A stretch of 64,000 nt of DNA from Microcoleaceae cyanobacterium (GCA_051652765.1 JBOFUV010000074.1:32182-96181); one strand, 5' to 3'; counted from the stretch's first letter, positions 30,277 to 41,370 are shown. The notes: generated by a model from the sequence alone, not told the origin. Translations and numbers: made by a program.

Positions 30277-30462
30277 ATATCTGAATATCTAGTTATTTCA
30301 ATCGGTTTGAATATTGAGGTTAATCCCGGAGAGGGTTGTACAGCTAGCTTGCAATTGTCAATGTTCCAGGGTTAGAACAACTGAGTTACTCAGACAATCT
30401 GATCAGCGACAATCCCTAGCACTTGTTTACCAGCCCTGATTTTTTATTGACAACCGATTATC

Positions 30463-31662
30463 ATGCGAAGCTCTATGGTTACTATTGAACAAAAACAAGG
30501 GCCGATCCGTCCAAAAGAGAAGTTTCTGATTTTTGGTTCCCCGGCGATTGAGGAAGCCGAAATTCAAGAAGTTGTTGCCAGTATGATCACGGGCTGGCTT
30601 GGGACTGGCCCGAAGGTGGCGCAGTTTGAAGAGGACTTCAAGACCTACAAAGATAGCGAGGAAGCTGTAGCAGTTAATTCCTGCACAGCCGCTTTACATT
30701 TGGCCATGCTGGCTGCTGGGCTGGGGCCAGGAGATGAAGTGATCACGACCTCACTCACATTCTGTGCAACTGTGAATTCAATTCTCCACACTGGAGCAAC
30801 GCCGGTTTTAGCTGATATTGATCCAGTGACAATGAATATCGAACCAGCCGAGATCGAGTCCAAAATTACCCCGAGAACGAAGGTGATCATACCCGTTCAC
30901 TTTGCAGGTCGCCCCTGCAATATGGATGCCATCCTTAACATTTCCCAACGCCACAATCTGAAAATCATTGAGGATTGTGCCCATGCAATTGAAACTGAGT
31001 ACCATGGGCAGAAAGCTGGAACCTTTGGTGACTTTGGATGTTTCAGCTTCTATGTTACAAAAAATATTGTCACAGGTGAGGGGGGAATGATCTTGACGAG
31101 TCGAGAGGAAGATGCCGCCCGACTCAGGGTACTAGCTCTTCATGGCATGAGCAAGGATGCTTGGAGACGCTTTGGAGATCAAGGCTACAAGCACTACAAA
31201 GTGACAGAATGTGGCTTTAAGTACAACATGATGGACTTGCAAGCAGCCATCGGAATTCATCAATTGCAAAGAATAGAACCTTACTGGAAACGTCGTCAAG
31301 AAATTTGGGCCATTTACCAACAGGCATTTGAAGATTTTCCTATCGGTTTACCCCCTGACTTGGAGCCAGGAACCCGCCACGCTTACCACCTTTACACCAT
31401 TTTAGTGAATGAGGCGAAAACGGGCATTAGCCGAGATGACTTTTTGGATAGAATGACCGCAGAAAATATTGGGATTGGGGTGCATTATCTCAGCATTCCT
31501 GAGCATCCTTACTATCAGAAAACCTTCGGTTGGAAGCCTGAAGATTATCCGAATGCAATGGCAATTGGGAGAAGTACTGTGAGTTTGCCATTGTCCGCTA
31601 AATTGACAGATGAGGATGTAGAAGATGTCATCCGAGCAGTCAAAAAACTAGTTAAGGGATAG
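30463..31662 (+). CDS. DegT/DnrJ/EryC1/StrS sugar aminotransferase
   Basis: NSCTAALHL, IIEDCAHA, SFYVTKNIVTGEGG. Confidence 0.95.
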   Translation: MRSSMVTIEQKQGPIRPKEKFLIFGSPAIEEAEIQEVVASMITGWLGTGPKVAQFEEDFKTYKDSEEAVAVNSCTAALHLAMLAAGLGPGDEVITTSLTFCATVNSILHTGATPVLADIDPVTMNIEPAEIESKITPRTKVIIPVHFAGRPCNMDAILNISQRHNLKIIEDCAHAIETEYHGQKAGTFGDFGCFSFYVTKNIVTGEGGMILTSREEDAARLRVLALHGMSKDAWRRFGDQGYKHYKVTECGFKYNMMDLQAAIGIHQLQRIEPYWKRRQEIWAIYQQAFEDFPIGLPPDLEPGTRHAYHLYTILVNEAKTGISRDDFLDRMTAENIGIGVHYLSIPEHPYYQKTFGWKPEDYPNAMAIGRSTVSLPLSAKLTDEDVEDVIRAVKKLVKG

Positions 31663-31727
31663 GAAAAATCATCCCGAATTATCTCGAACTTACGTACTTT
31701 TAGGAAAATAACCTTTAGAAAAAAACT

Positions 31728-32540
31728 ATGCAAACCACAACTCACTGCTTCCGAGAAAAATTTGAAGAGAATGGATACGTTATTGCCAAAAATTTCTTTT
31801 CTCCGCAAGAAATGGAAATCCTCATTACAGAAATCAAATCTGCGAAAACCAGAAATGGGGTTAGCGGTTTAAATCGTGGTGCATTGACTTTCTACAGCAG
31901 TCTGTTTTTTTATAGTGAGCCTATCCAGTCATTCATTTCCCAACAACGCATTGTAGATTTCTTGAAGCCAATCATTGGCACAGATTGCTGGGTGAGATGG
32001 GATCAAGCCGTTGCCAAGGGATCAGGTTCAGGAACTTTTCCCTGGCATCAGGATAACGCTTATAGTGACCTTAAGGACGGCTACTATCAACTGTGGGTTG
32101 CCCTGACTGAGATGACTCCTGAAAATGGGGGACTGTGGTTAGTTCCCGGTAGCCACAAACAACTACTTCCCCATCGGCGAGTGGGAAATCACCTAACCTA
32201 TGCAGGTACTCCAAAAGATGCTGTATTCATTGCGGCTGAACCCGGTGATGTGGTGTTGTTTTCATCATTTATGCTCCACAAGACTGACCCAAACGTGACC
32301 CAAAACCCTCGCTGGGCCTATGTTATTGAATATATGTCTCTAGATCACTTTGATCCGGGTGTTGAGCCCCCTTATTTTGTTGTCAGTCGTGATGGGATCT
32401 CCAAGTCAGAGTTTGTGCATTTCTATCCAGGTCGCCTTAACCCCATTAATCATTTAAAGTACTTTGGGTTTCGCTGGAAATCCAACCTATTAAATCTATG
32501 GTCTAAGACTTTCGGTTCCAAACTTGATCAGAAGACTTAA
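31728..32540 (+). CDS. PhyH-family Fe(II)/2OG dioxygenase
   Basis: PWHQD, WVAL..ENGGLWLVPGSH, GDVVLF..LH. Confidence 0.92.
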   Translation: MQTTTHCFREKFEENGYVIAKNFFSPQEMEILITEIKSAKTRNGVSGLNRGALTFYSSLFFYSEPIQSFISQQRIVDFLKPIIGTDCWVRWDQAVAKGSGSGTFPWHQDNAYSDLKDGYYQLWVALTEMTPENGGLWLVPGSHKQLLPHRRVGNHLTYAGTPKDAVFIAAEPGDVVLFSSFMLHKTDPNVTQNPRWAYVIEYMSLDHFDPGVEPPYFVVSRDGISKSEFVHFYPGRLNPINHLKYFGFRWKSNLLNLWSKTFGSKLDQKT

Positions 32541-32622
32541 TCAGAGAACTTAAGCACAAAAATAGTTACAAAGAATCTACCCAAGTTACTCTTGTATAAA
32601 TTCCATTTAAGTTTGGTTAAGT

Positions 32623-32952
32623 CTAGTTAAGTCTGGCTAATCCTACACAGTTGCTCTGATCAACCACGACTGAACGAATACTGATAGGTTGAGATTCGGT
32701 CTGAAACTGAACTTGCGCTCTTGGATGAAAAATGACTTGCTTACAGGCTATTTCAGGGCTCCCAACAGAAACATAGTCCCAGATGTAAACTTGGGTATCG
32801 TTAGCCACCGTAGCCTGAGTGGGTGAAACCATCACAGAACTCAATAAGACCAACATCAAAGATACTAAAACAGTCAGTCCGTATTTCAACAGTCCGTATT
32901 TCAACATAACTCCCGACCTACCCTGGGTTTTAAAAAACGTATACCATAGCAA
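32623..32952 (-). CDS. Small exported hypothetical protein
   Basis: Signal-peptide-like segment, two Cys; LKYGL duplication from a 15-bp repeat; start likely ~32908. Confidence 0.55.
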   Translation of the reverse strand: MLWYTFFKTQGRSGVMLKYGLLKYGLTVLVSLMLVLLSSVMVSPTQATVANDTQVYIWDYVSVGSPEIACKQVIFHPRAQVQFQTESQPISIRSVVVDQSNCVGLARLN

Positions 32953-33175
32953 TCTGATTTGAAGTGTGAATGTGGAGTCAGCATCTTGCCTTCACAAGCT
33001 GGAAGCAAACACTACAGATATCTCATAAATCATTCCTGGTCGCTATATTCTTTAATTATGGCTTGAGGGCTCAGCAACGTCAAAGGTAAAACATCAAAGC
33101 TAAAACGTCAAAACTGAGATCGGGTTTGACAGAATAGGAAAGTAACCGTATTCAGTGTCCTAATCCGTTGAATTC

Positions 33176-34984
33176 ATGAAGCAACAGCAAATACAGGTTC
33201 GAGGAGTTCTCCAGTTAATCAAAGCCCTATTAGGCGGGATAGCGATCGCGTCAACGACTATTCTGACAGTTCTCAGCCAAGATTCACTGTCCCTCCATCT
33301 GATTAACTCACCGGTTAAAGCGCCTTGGATTGAGGCCAGAACATCCCCTGTAAAACTTGCTCAACAAAGTGTTCCAATCCCAAACGTTCTCACTCCGATA
33401 GAAATTAACACGGTTGCCCATGAAATCACCGTTCGAATTGATGGGCCAAGAGGAGGGTCTGGAGTGTTAATTGAAAAGCAAAATAATACTTATTATGTTC
33501 TGACCAATTGGCACGTTGTGAATCGAGTTGGAGACTATGAAATTCAGACTGCTGATGGTCAACGTTACTCGGTTTACTACAGCTTAATTCGGCAAATTCC
33601 CGGCATGGATTTAGCCATTCTGCCTTTTAATAGTGTTAAACAGTACCCAGTCGCTTCCTCCACAGATTCTAACCAAGTTACGGAGAATAGTACCGTCTAT
33701 GTTGCGGGTTGGCCTCGTTCTGGGGGAAGCTTGAGACAACGATTATTTCTAAGTACAAAAGGGACGGTGACTCGACGACAACCGCCTCAAAATGGTTACA
33801 CCTTAGTCTATACCAATTTAGTTCGGAGTGGCATGAGTGGCGGCCCCATCCTGAATGAAACAGGGAAGTTATTAGGGATTAATGGCATCGTTCAATTGGG
33901 TACTGATCCAGACACTATTGTCTCTGCTGGAATTGAGATCAATCGATTTTTGGAGTGGCGAAAAACAGCGAGTTTACCCACACTTCCTCAGGGCCTTGCC
34001 AATCGTCCAACACAGTCTAATTCTGTCGAACCTAGGGCGGTTAATTTGCCTCCCAGTTCTGGAATAAATACCAATGTTTCTAATGGCAACTTCACCCTGG
34101 CAACAAGCTTGCGCGAAGAGTCTGGGGAGATTTTGTCCCTAGCTTTAATGCCCTCCTATGCCATTAGCGGGAATAGTAATGGTAATATCTCTATTTGGAA
34201 TCTGGCAACTGGAGAACCAAAAAAAATATGGCGGGGGCATTCGAGTGCAATCAATTCGGTTGCAACGGATAGAGATGGAAAAATTCTAGTGACGGGAAGT
34301 GATGATGGCACGATTAAACTCTGGGATTTGACCCGGATCTCGGAGACAGAAACAGTTCCTCTAATCCACACTTTAAAAGCACATACCAATGCAGTTTTAA
34401 CAGTTGCCATTAGTCCAAATAATCAGCTTGTTGCAAGTGGCAGTTGGGATAATACAGTCAAGCTGTGGAACTTACAAACTGGAGAACTTCTCCAAACCTT
34501 AACCGGACATACTCAACTGGTCAGTGCAGTCGCTTTTTCTCCGGATGGTCAACTCTTGGTGAGCGGCGGGAAGGACAGCACGATTAAACTGTGGACGGTT
34601 CAAACTGGAGAATTGATTCGGACTTTGGACTCAAAATCCCTGCCCATTTTATCCCTTGCTATCAGTCCTAGGGGAGACCTTTTAGCAAGTGGCAGTGCCG
34701 ACGGAACGATTACCCTCTGGAGCCCATCAACGGGTCAACCGTTGCAGCGTTTACAGGGTCATACAGATGGAGTGTGGTCGATTGCTATTAGTGCCGATGG
34801 TAAAACTTTAGTCAGTGGCAGTTGGGACAAAACTGTTAAGCTCTGGGATCTGCCTACGGGTCAACTCAAAGGGAACCTAACGGGCCACTCTAGCTACGTG
34901 AACGTCGTTAGAATCAGCCCGGATGGAACCACAATTGTCAGCGGAGGTTGGGAAGGTCAAGTGAAGGTGTGGCAGTATCGTTAA
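33176..34984 (+). CDS. Trypsin-like serine protease + WD40 repeat protein
   Basis: LTNWHVV, DLAIL, GMSGGP triad; about seven GH..WD repeats. Confidence 0.93.
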   Translation: MKQQQIQVRGVLQLIKALLGGIAIASTTILTVLSQDSLSLHLINSPVKAPWIEARTSPVKLAQQSVPIPNVLTPIEINTVAHEITVRIDGPRGGSGVLIEKQNNTYYVLTNWHVVNRVGDYEIQTADGQRYSVYYSLIRQIPGMDLAILPFNSVKQYPVASSTDSNQVTENSTVYVAGWPRSGGSLRQRLFLSTKGTVTRRQPPQNGYTLVYTNLVRSGMSGGPILNETGKLLGINGIVQLGTDPDTIVSAGIEINRFLEWRKTASLPTLPQGLANRPTQSNSVEPRAVNLPPSSGINTNVSNGNFTLATSLREESGEILSLALMPSYAISGNSNGNISIWNLATGEPKKIWRGHSSAINSVATDRDGKILVTGSDDGTIKLWDLTRISETETVPLIHTLKAHTNAVLTVAISPNNQLVASGSWDNTVKLWNLQTGELLQTLTGHTQLVSAVAFSPDGQLLVSGGKDSTIKLWTVQTGELIRTLDSKSLPILSLAISPRGDLLASGSADGTITLWSPSTGQPLQRLQGHTDGVWSIAISADGKTLVSGSWDKTVKLWDLPTGQLKGNLTGHSSYVNVVRISPDGTTIVSGGWEGQVKVWQYR

Positions 34985-35329
34985 GGGGTCTACAACGCTA
35001 GTAATAATCTTCAGTTCAGAGTTATGCAGAGTATCTAGCTAGCATGTGTAGAAGTAAGAATCAAGGTTGGACGGGTAAATTTCATGGCTTTGACGAGGGG
35101 AATATCTGGGGGGAAACCGCACTAATAAACCTCTTGCACGAATCCTCAAAACCCATTCCAGTCCCTCTTGAATTACTCGTATCATAATGATTTGTGAGAA
35201 GGGGGCACATCATCAAATTCCCCCTTAATAAGGAGGAATTAGGAGGGTCAAAGCTATTTTGCTACCGATAATAAGAGTCTTCAAACGCTCTTTTAAGATA
35301 GTGCTCTACTCCTCTTTTGACATTGCCTA

Positions 35330-38194
35330 TTAAACATACCTTTGCAGGGTTGTTTCATAAAATTGCTTAAGTTCTTGTAGGTTTTTCTCGGGTTGACCGT
35401 AGCCTGCCCCTGGGAAACTTGCCCAGATATTCGCGACTTTTCCAGCAGCCTCTTCAAACTTGCCAGCTTCTACATCTTCGAAAGCACCTTCCCCTTTGAT
35501 AAGTTGTACAGCAGCTAAGTCTTGATTTTCTGGACTAAAGTCTGATAATCCTAAGGCAGAGACAAGATCATCCCATGTACTGTTGAGAAATTGATAGCGA
35601 CCAGCCGCCGTGGAATAAGTATCTCCAAAGGGCACGCGCACATTAGGATGGGCTCCAAAGCTATCAAATCTGTTTCCCCCAAACATAATACGATATCCCT
35701 CGGGGTCATAGGTTCCTTCAGCGTGAGCAATCGTGTCTAGGAAAGCCCTGATGTTGGGACTCAGATCGTCATTAACTGTAATTTCCCCGGAGTAATTAGG
35801 GTAGAGCGGATCAGGAGTTACCTCTCCGGGTAGAGTTCCAGGATTTTCATCCGGGGGAATATCAACACTATCAGTACCGAAGGAAGCATCCCAGGTATCC
35901 GGCCCAACGACACCATCGACATCAAGTCCTTTAGATTCCTGAAACTGACGGGCAATGGCTTCACTTTGGGGGCCATAGAGTCCATCTACGTCAATCTCAA
36001 AGCCCAGATCTTTCATCTGTTGCTGCCACAACTCAACATTGGCATCGTAGCTCAAGGTTTCTCCCGGTTCGTAAGTGAGAAGATAACCGGGATAAGGGGG
36101 AACGTCCCCACTATCAACGGGCGGTTCAGATGGAGGTTCAACACTATCAGTACCGAAGGAAGCTTCCCAGGTATCCGGCCCAACAACACCATCGACATCA
36201 AGTCCTTTAGATTCCTGAAACTGACGGGCAACAGATTCACTTTCTGGGCCATAGAGTCCATCTACGTCAATGTCAAAGCCCAGATCTTTCATCTGTTGCT
36301 GCCACAATTCAACATTGGCATCGTAGGTTAGGGTTTCTCCCGGTTCGTAAGTGAATAAATAACCGGGATAGGGCGGCTCACCTGCGTCATCAGAGGGGGG
36401 TGTGACTGTATTCCCATCGCTGAGTTGATTACTCAACACCACAAACCAGTCTTCTGATGTATCAATTAAGCGACCTTCAGCATCAGTTTTCAGGGTTTTT
36501 AGAGTTACTGAATCAGAAACATTGCCCCCGATCACATCAATTTCACCGTCCCTGACCGCAACCACAATGTCAGTGTGTGATTGATAAGGAGCTGGAGTAT
36601 CGTAACCCACTCCATCTTGGCGGGCATAGCCCACTAGATCACCCGGTTTGGGAGAATATTCGTCTAGCCTGTAGCCAAAGAACGCAGCAATACCATCATT
36701 GGTCTCCCGATCTTGAATAGCATCGGTAATATAATTAGAATGGCTTGCAGAATATTCAAACTGATCCCCCGCTCCGGCTTGGTTCATCACCCAGGAAATA
36801 AACGCCGCAGACCAGGGGTTCTCGTCGCTACTGACTTCTTCACTGGTATCAACATCAGGCCGATCTACAACTTGCCAATATTCCGTAACCTTTTGCCATG
36901 CGCCATCTTCACCTTCTTTGAGGCTTCCCTGATTGAAGAACTCCCATTCTCCCCGAGCGATTTCTACAACTTTATCAGCAAAATCAGGGCCATCAGTGTT
37001 GGGGGGAGTATCGTTATTCGGCGGATTATCCTCTGCCAGAACAAAGCCTAACTCAAGGATTTCCGGCTCACTAGTTGCCGCATCTATGATCTGAAGCTTG
37101 AGGGTATATTCTCCATTCTCTAAAGTTTCACCTTTGATTTCTTCCAGTCGTTCCCGGTTCAGTTCAAAGCTGCCATCTTCCTGCAAGCTGGCCGAGATAT
37201 CAACAAACTCTTCTACAGGGGTGTCATCAAATCCCGCCCGGAAGGATTGAATTGTGCCCTGATTGGGAATAGTGCCAGTAATGGTGGGATCAGAAGTCAC
37301 CCGATCATCACCGCGATCGCCCGTATCATTAGCTAAATTCAAGGTGATCGGGGCGGGTGCTTCAATTGGTTCAGGGGGAACCTCAGGTGCAGGGGCAGGG
37401 GCGGGAGTGGGAACCGGTTCTGGCTCTGGTTCGGAGTCGGAGATCGGCAAAGGCTCAGATGTATTTTCTTCTAGTGCTTCTGCCCCATTCACAAAGCTAC
37501 GCAAGTCAAAGGTCTCGGTATCAATGCCTCGAACAACGGCCAATGTTTCTCCTGTTGCTCCAATCCGAATGGCAACATCACCGGAACCAGTATCTTCCAA
37601 GCTCAAATCGATGGGTGTTAAGCCCTCAACCAAGTCAATCAAATCCTCACCGGGCTGGAAATCCATAATCATATCAGCTGCAGTAGAAGTAGAGCTTTCT
37701 ACAGATTGACCTACCATGAATACATCTAGTCCATCGCCACCCGTGAGGCTATCTATTCCAGCATCTCCCAATAAGGTATCTGCTCCAGAGCCGCCATGGA
37801 GCAGGTCATTTTCTTGCCCACCATAGATGATGTCATCATCTTCTCCACCATAGATAGTATCTTGCTCGCGGTTGCCGCTCAGCCAATCTTTCTCCTGGTT
37901 TCCTGATAAGATGTCCTGGCTTTTTCCACCGTAAATGGTGTCTGTCCCTTGGCCACCGTAAATGGTATCTTCACCAAGATTTCCATTCAGCCAATCATTA
38001 TCCGCATTTCCATTTAACCAATCATCGCCTGACAAAGCCTGGAGGGTATCACTTCCTGAAAATCCTACTAATACATCAGAATCCTGGCTTCCCAAAATAG
38101 CATCACTAGAGGCAGAACCACTGAAGACCAAGATATTATCCGGTTGCTGTTCTAAACTCAGAAAAAATGCTGAATCGAGTTCTAGAATATCCAT
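35330..38194 (-). CDS. RTX Ca-binding + Ig-like + DUF2272 + 2x peptidoglycan-binding + lambda-type lysozyme protein
   Basis: GGxGxD nonapeptides; WSAAFISW..SHTDIVV..IGGNVSDSV; VDGLYGP/VDGVVGPDTW x2; RAFLDTIAHAEGT..STAAGRYQFL. Confidence 0.88.
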   Translation of the reverse strand: MDILELDSAFFLSLEQQPDNILVFSGSASSDAILGSQDSDVLVGFSGSDTLQALSGDDWLNGNADNDWLNGNLGEDTIYGGQGTDTIYGGKSQDILSGNQEKDWLSGNREQDTIYGGEDDDIIYGGQENDLLHGGSGADTLLGDAGIDSLTGGDGLDVFMVGQSVESSTSTAADMIMDFQPGEDLIDLVEGLTPIDLSLEDTGSGDVAIRIGATGETLAVVRGIDTETFDLRSFVNGAEALEENTSEPLPISDSEPEPEPVPTPAPAPAPEVPPEPIEAPAPITLNLANDTGDRGDDRVTSDPTITGTIPNQGTIQSFRAGFDDTPVEEFVDISASLQEDGSFELNRERLEEIKGETLENGEYTLKLQIIDAATSEPEILELGFVLAEDNPPNNDTPPNTDGPDFADKVVEIARGEWEFFNQGSLKEGEDGAWQKVTEYWQVVDRPDVDTSEEVSSDENPWSAAFISWVMNQAGAGDQFEYSASHSNYITDAIQDRETNDGIAAFFGYRLDEYSPKPGDLVGYARQDGVGYDTPAPYQSHTDIVVAVRDGEIDVIGGNVSDSVTLKTLKTDAEGRLIDTSEDWFVVLSNQLSDGNTVTPPSDDAGEPPYPGYLFTYEPGETLTYDANVELWQQQMKDLGFDIDVDGLYGPESESVARQFQESKGLDVDGVVGPDTWEASFGTDSVEPPSEPPVDSGDVPPYPGYLLTYEPGETLSYDANVELWQQQMKDLGFEIDVDGLYGPQSEAIARQFQESKGLDVDGVVGPDTWDASFGTDSVDIPPDENPGTLPGEVTPDPLYPNYSGEITVNDDLSPNIRAFLDTIAHAEGTYDPEGYRIMFGGNRFDSFGAHPNVRVPFGDTYSTAAGRYQFLNSTWDDLVSALGLSDFSPENQDLAAVQLIKGEGAFEDVEAGKFEEAAGKVANIWASFPGAGYGQPEKNLQELKQFYETTLQRYV
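35864..36370. repeat. Intragenic 276-bp-period duplication of the PG-binding module
   Basis: AACCGGGATA at 36085 and 36361; near-identical protein repeats. Confidence 0.85.
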
Positions 38195-38551
38195 AAACTT
38201 TCTCCGAATAAAGATCAGGTTTAGGCAATAGTTTTAAAATATTTTAGGATTTTTTAAAACTCATTTCCTGTGAAAATATAGTTTGCAGGCGATTTAAAAA
38301 TATGCAGTTTGGATCTCAACTTGAGTTAGGAAAAAGCATAAAAATAGGTTGGTAACTCTACCAACCTGCCCCTTCTCAATCTTCAATTCATTGACAGTTA
38401 ATTGTCAACTTAAGCAAAACGGAGTAAGGGCTTTTCCTACTTTTGTCCGTTCAAACCTCTGGCCTGTACTACAAATTTTCATGAATTATTTAGGATGGCT
38501 AGATAACCTTCAACTCTTGAGATCAAGTAGAAGACTTTTCTAAGACTACAT

Positions 38552-39946
38552 TTAACATTGAGATTGATAGATAAATGCAGGAAAAGTCAGAGTATCACCT
38601 GTTTTTAAAGTGACTGTAACCCAAACTTTTTCATCACATGCTCCAAGCACTTCGCTGTAGAGATGAGTTGAATCTATGGTTTTAACTTGTTGATCTAGCA
38701 CTTGTTCTTCATCACGAATCAACAACTGGATCGCATCAGGCAGGCTATCTCCTGACCTTGCTCCTAAAATAATTAATAATGTCCAGTCGAGATCTGGAGA
38801 TGGTTGTTTTAATAGCCATGTTATGGCGTACAAACGTAGTGAGTTTCCCGCCAGATCAAAATCTTGATAGCCTATGCAAGCTTCAGAAGGAATTAAAACC
38901 CCGGCTTCTTGCAAGAAAGTATTGAGAATTGAAAGAGTATCAACTCGAGTTGGAAGTTCTTGAATTGAGAGGGAAGTAGTTTCTAAACTTTGTAGATTAT
39001 CTGTATAACTACCTCGAAAACTGCCCGAAATCAGGGGAGGTAATAGTGTCCAGGATAGATTTTTTGCTACCTCATCTAATTCATTTCTGATCCAGAGCGC
39101 AAAGTTAATTGCGGGTTCAGATAGTCTTTTTAAGCTCGCTTGACGTTGAGAGGCACTAGAATCACCTATCTTCTGAATTTGAAGTTGATAAAGCCAATCT
39201 AGCAGTTCAGGATGATTGAAAATCATCTTTCCCTGTTCCCAGGTCAGGATTTCCCACAACTTTATTTCAGGGGAGGGAAATTGCTGTAAAACTTGGGTTA
39301 ATTCAGCTTGAATTTTAGCAAAGTCAGGTATAGGAGAAGTCAGCTTATTGGGTAGAACAATTGCCATTGGTTCTAGACAAGAAAGATGTAGCAACAACTT
39401 ACTGATATCTTGATCAAACCAACTGATAGGCAAAAGATAGCACCAATCCAGACCCGGTTGTAAAGAGTTAATCTGCAATTGTTTTACTAACTGGTCATAA
39501 CGAGCAAATCCCCAGATTTGAACATAGCCATCTTCTTCTAGTACATTAGTAACAACATAAAAATGAGCAATGAATTGTGGTAATTCCAACGTTAGCTGGG
39601 GAAGCTCAATTGTCTCTCCTAAGCCGTTTATCTTTAAAAGACAGAGCTTAAAATCTCCAACTTTTAGATGACAAATTGCCCCAAGAATGTTAGCCTGGGA
39701 AAGCTGAAATAAAGAGCAATATTCTCGATTAGTCATCAGTTCTGGATAATTTTCACTCAGCCATTTTTCAAACCCAAAGAGTGCCAGAGCATCTAGATAA
39801 ATGCTCCACTGTTGTGATTCACCTACTGCTTGGTTACTAATTTTAATCGCTTGATCAATCTGGTCTTGACTGAGGGCAACTGCTTCAGTTGGCAAGCGCT
39901 CGAACTCAGGATGGATACCGTCTAGATTTCTTGAAAAGCTGTTCAT
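38552..39946 (-). CDS. DUF1822-family protein
   Basis: YLDALALFGFEKWL, ICHLKVGDFKLCL, PQFIAHFYVV..EEDG.VQIWGF, INFALWI. Confidence 0.82.
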   Translation of the reverse strand: MNSFSRNLDGIHPEFERLPTEAVALSQDQIDQAIKISNQAVGESQQWSIYLDALALFGFEKWLSENYPELMTNREYCSLFQLSQANILGAICHLKVGDFKLCLLKINGLGETIELPQLTLELPQFIAHFYVVTNVLEEDGYVQIWGFARYDQLVKQLQINSLQPGLDWCYLLPISWFDQDISKLLLHLSCLEPMAIVLPNKLTSPIPDFAKIQAELTQVLQQFPSPEIKLWEILTWEQGKMIFNHPELLDWLYQLQIQKIGDSSASQRQASLKRLSEPAINFALWIRNELDEVAKNLSWTLLPPLISGSFRGSYTDNLQSLETTSLSIQELPTRVDTLSILNTFLQEAGVLIPSEACIGYQDFDLAGNSLRLYAITWLLKQPSPDLDWTLLIILGARSGDSLPDAIQLLIRDEEQVLDQQVKTIDSTHLYSEVLGACDEKVWVTVTLKTGDTLTFPAFIYQSQC

Positions 39947-40005
39947 GATATTGCTCCAATGGAGTGATATTTTAAATCTTGATTTAGATAGTTAAATTTT
40001 CAAAT

Positions 40006-41370
40006 TCATTCATGCAAAAAGTGCTCTATGACTAGACCAAGTCGTTGAATAAATAAGCTCTCACAATGAGATATGCTAGATTTTTGAGGTCGCTCTATCA
40101 ACTGACATACGGCATCTCTAATCTGCTCCAAGCGATCTGGACTGTTAAAGACATTAATGTACTTTGAAAAACGATCTTTTAGATGTGCTACTGTTCGGTT
40201 TTGAACACTAGGGTAGAACTTTCCGACTTCCAATAACCGTGTAACTTCATATTGACCCTTAAGATTAATCCGCTCGGCAATATCATTCATTGTCATGGTT
40301 TTAGTAGTTTTCTCCGAACAAAAATAAAGTTTGAGAGCTACAGGATATTTGGCAACCTTATCTGGAGTACGACGATTGAGAGCAACTAGCCGGGTTTGAA
40401 TTGTTTCTACAATTGCCTGATCTAAACATTCAACGACTGAACTCATTTGTTCTTCGAGTTCATCAGCTTCAGCAGAGGGGTTTGGAATTCTTTCAAGTAT
40501 TTTGGAATGATCTATTGAGTCTTTTAAAGTTATTCCTCCTGCCTCACGGATTTTGTGGACTCGTATTTTTTGTGCCAAATCAAGTAGGTTTTGCAGAATA
40601 ATATTAGGGAATAAACTAATTCCTAATCTTGTCTCAAATTCAGACGCGATTTCTTTGATTTGTATTTCTGTAGGTAAAGGACAAACTCCCTTTTTTTTGC
40701 TGTTACGCCACTGAGCCCGATAAACCTGATGATAGCATTGAAGTAGAAGCTGATTCTCAGTCACTTCTTTGTCGGTCAAAACACCACAATTTGCCAGAAC
40801 TTGTAAGTCTTTAGGCTGTGTTTGATTTAACAAAGCCCAGTTAGTAGCCATTAGAATTCCATGTTCTAAAAACAATCGACGCACGTCTGGATGTTGCCGA
40901 ATTTTTAACCTAATCCAAGTCCCTAAACTACTCAGTTTGGGGTTAAATGATTTTATGATTTCAACAGCAAAAGATTGGTAACTATGGCAGAGAGAATCAA
41001 GAATAGATGAAGTGATATCAACATCATTCAGGATCAATACAAGAACTTCAGTAAGCTTAATACTGCATTGGTGACTAAATTGATGGAGTAAGTATTGACT
41101 AGATTGCAAAATTGCATTGGAGATATAGCACCGTAGGCAGATCTCTGCTACAAATTGAGTAGCTGAATCAGGTGAATTTTGCAGTTGATCAAACAATTGA
41201 GTTTGAACTCTTTTGAGCTTTTGATTGTCTGCCACTAAACGTTCATCGTTAGCTTTCTCTAAAAGACAAGCAAAATGGGTTTTTGCTTGAGGTATATTTT
41301 GCCGAATGTAATTTCCTCCATCTGTTATTCTGACAAATGTCCAGTACCAAGATAGTTCATGCATAAACAT
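40006..41370 (-). CDS. Sigma-70-like/HTH protein of the type found upstream of DUF1822
   Basis: AEICLRCYIS, SFNPKLSSLGTW, WALLN, C-terminal LKLYF..MNDIAERINLKGQYEVTRLL HTH. Confidence 0.6.
   Translation of the reverse strand: MFMHELSWYWTFVRITDGGNYIRQNIPQAKTHFACLLEKANDERLVADNQKLKRVQTQLFDQLQNSPDSATQFVAEICLRCYISNAILQSSQYLLHQFSHQCSIKLTEVLVLILNDVDITSSILDSLCHSYQSFAVEIIKSFNPKLSSLGTWIRLKIRQHPDVRRLFLEHGILMATNWALLNQTQPKDLQVLANCGVLTDKEVTENQLLLQCYHQVYRAQWRNSKKKGVCPLPTEIQIKEIASEFETRLGISLFPNIILQNLLDLAQKIRVHKIREAGGITLKDSIDHSKILERIPNPSAEADELEEQMSSVVECLDQAIVETIQTRLVALNRRTPDKVAKYPVALKLYFCSEKTTKTMTMNDIAERINLKGQYEVTRLLEVGKFYPSVQNRTVAHLKDRFSKYINVFNSPDRLEQIRDAVCQLIERPQKSSISHCESLFIQRLGLVIEHFLHE

Noticed and set aside
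35330..35800. Prophage suggested by the lambda-type lysozyme
   Set aside because: The domain is fused within a host RTX protein; no holin, structural genes or phage integrase nearby
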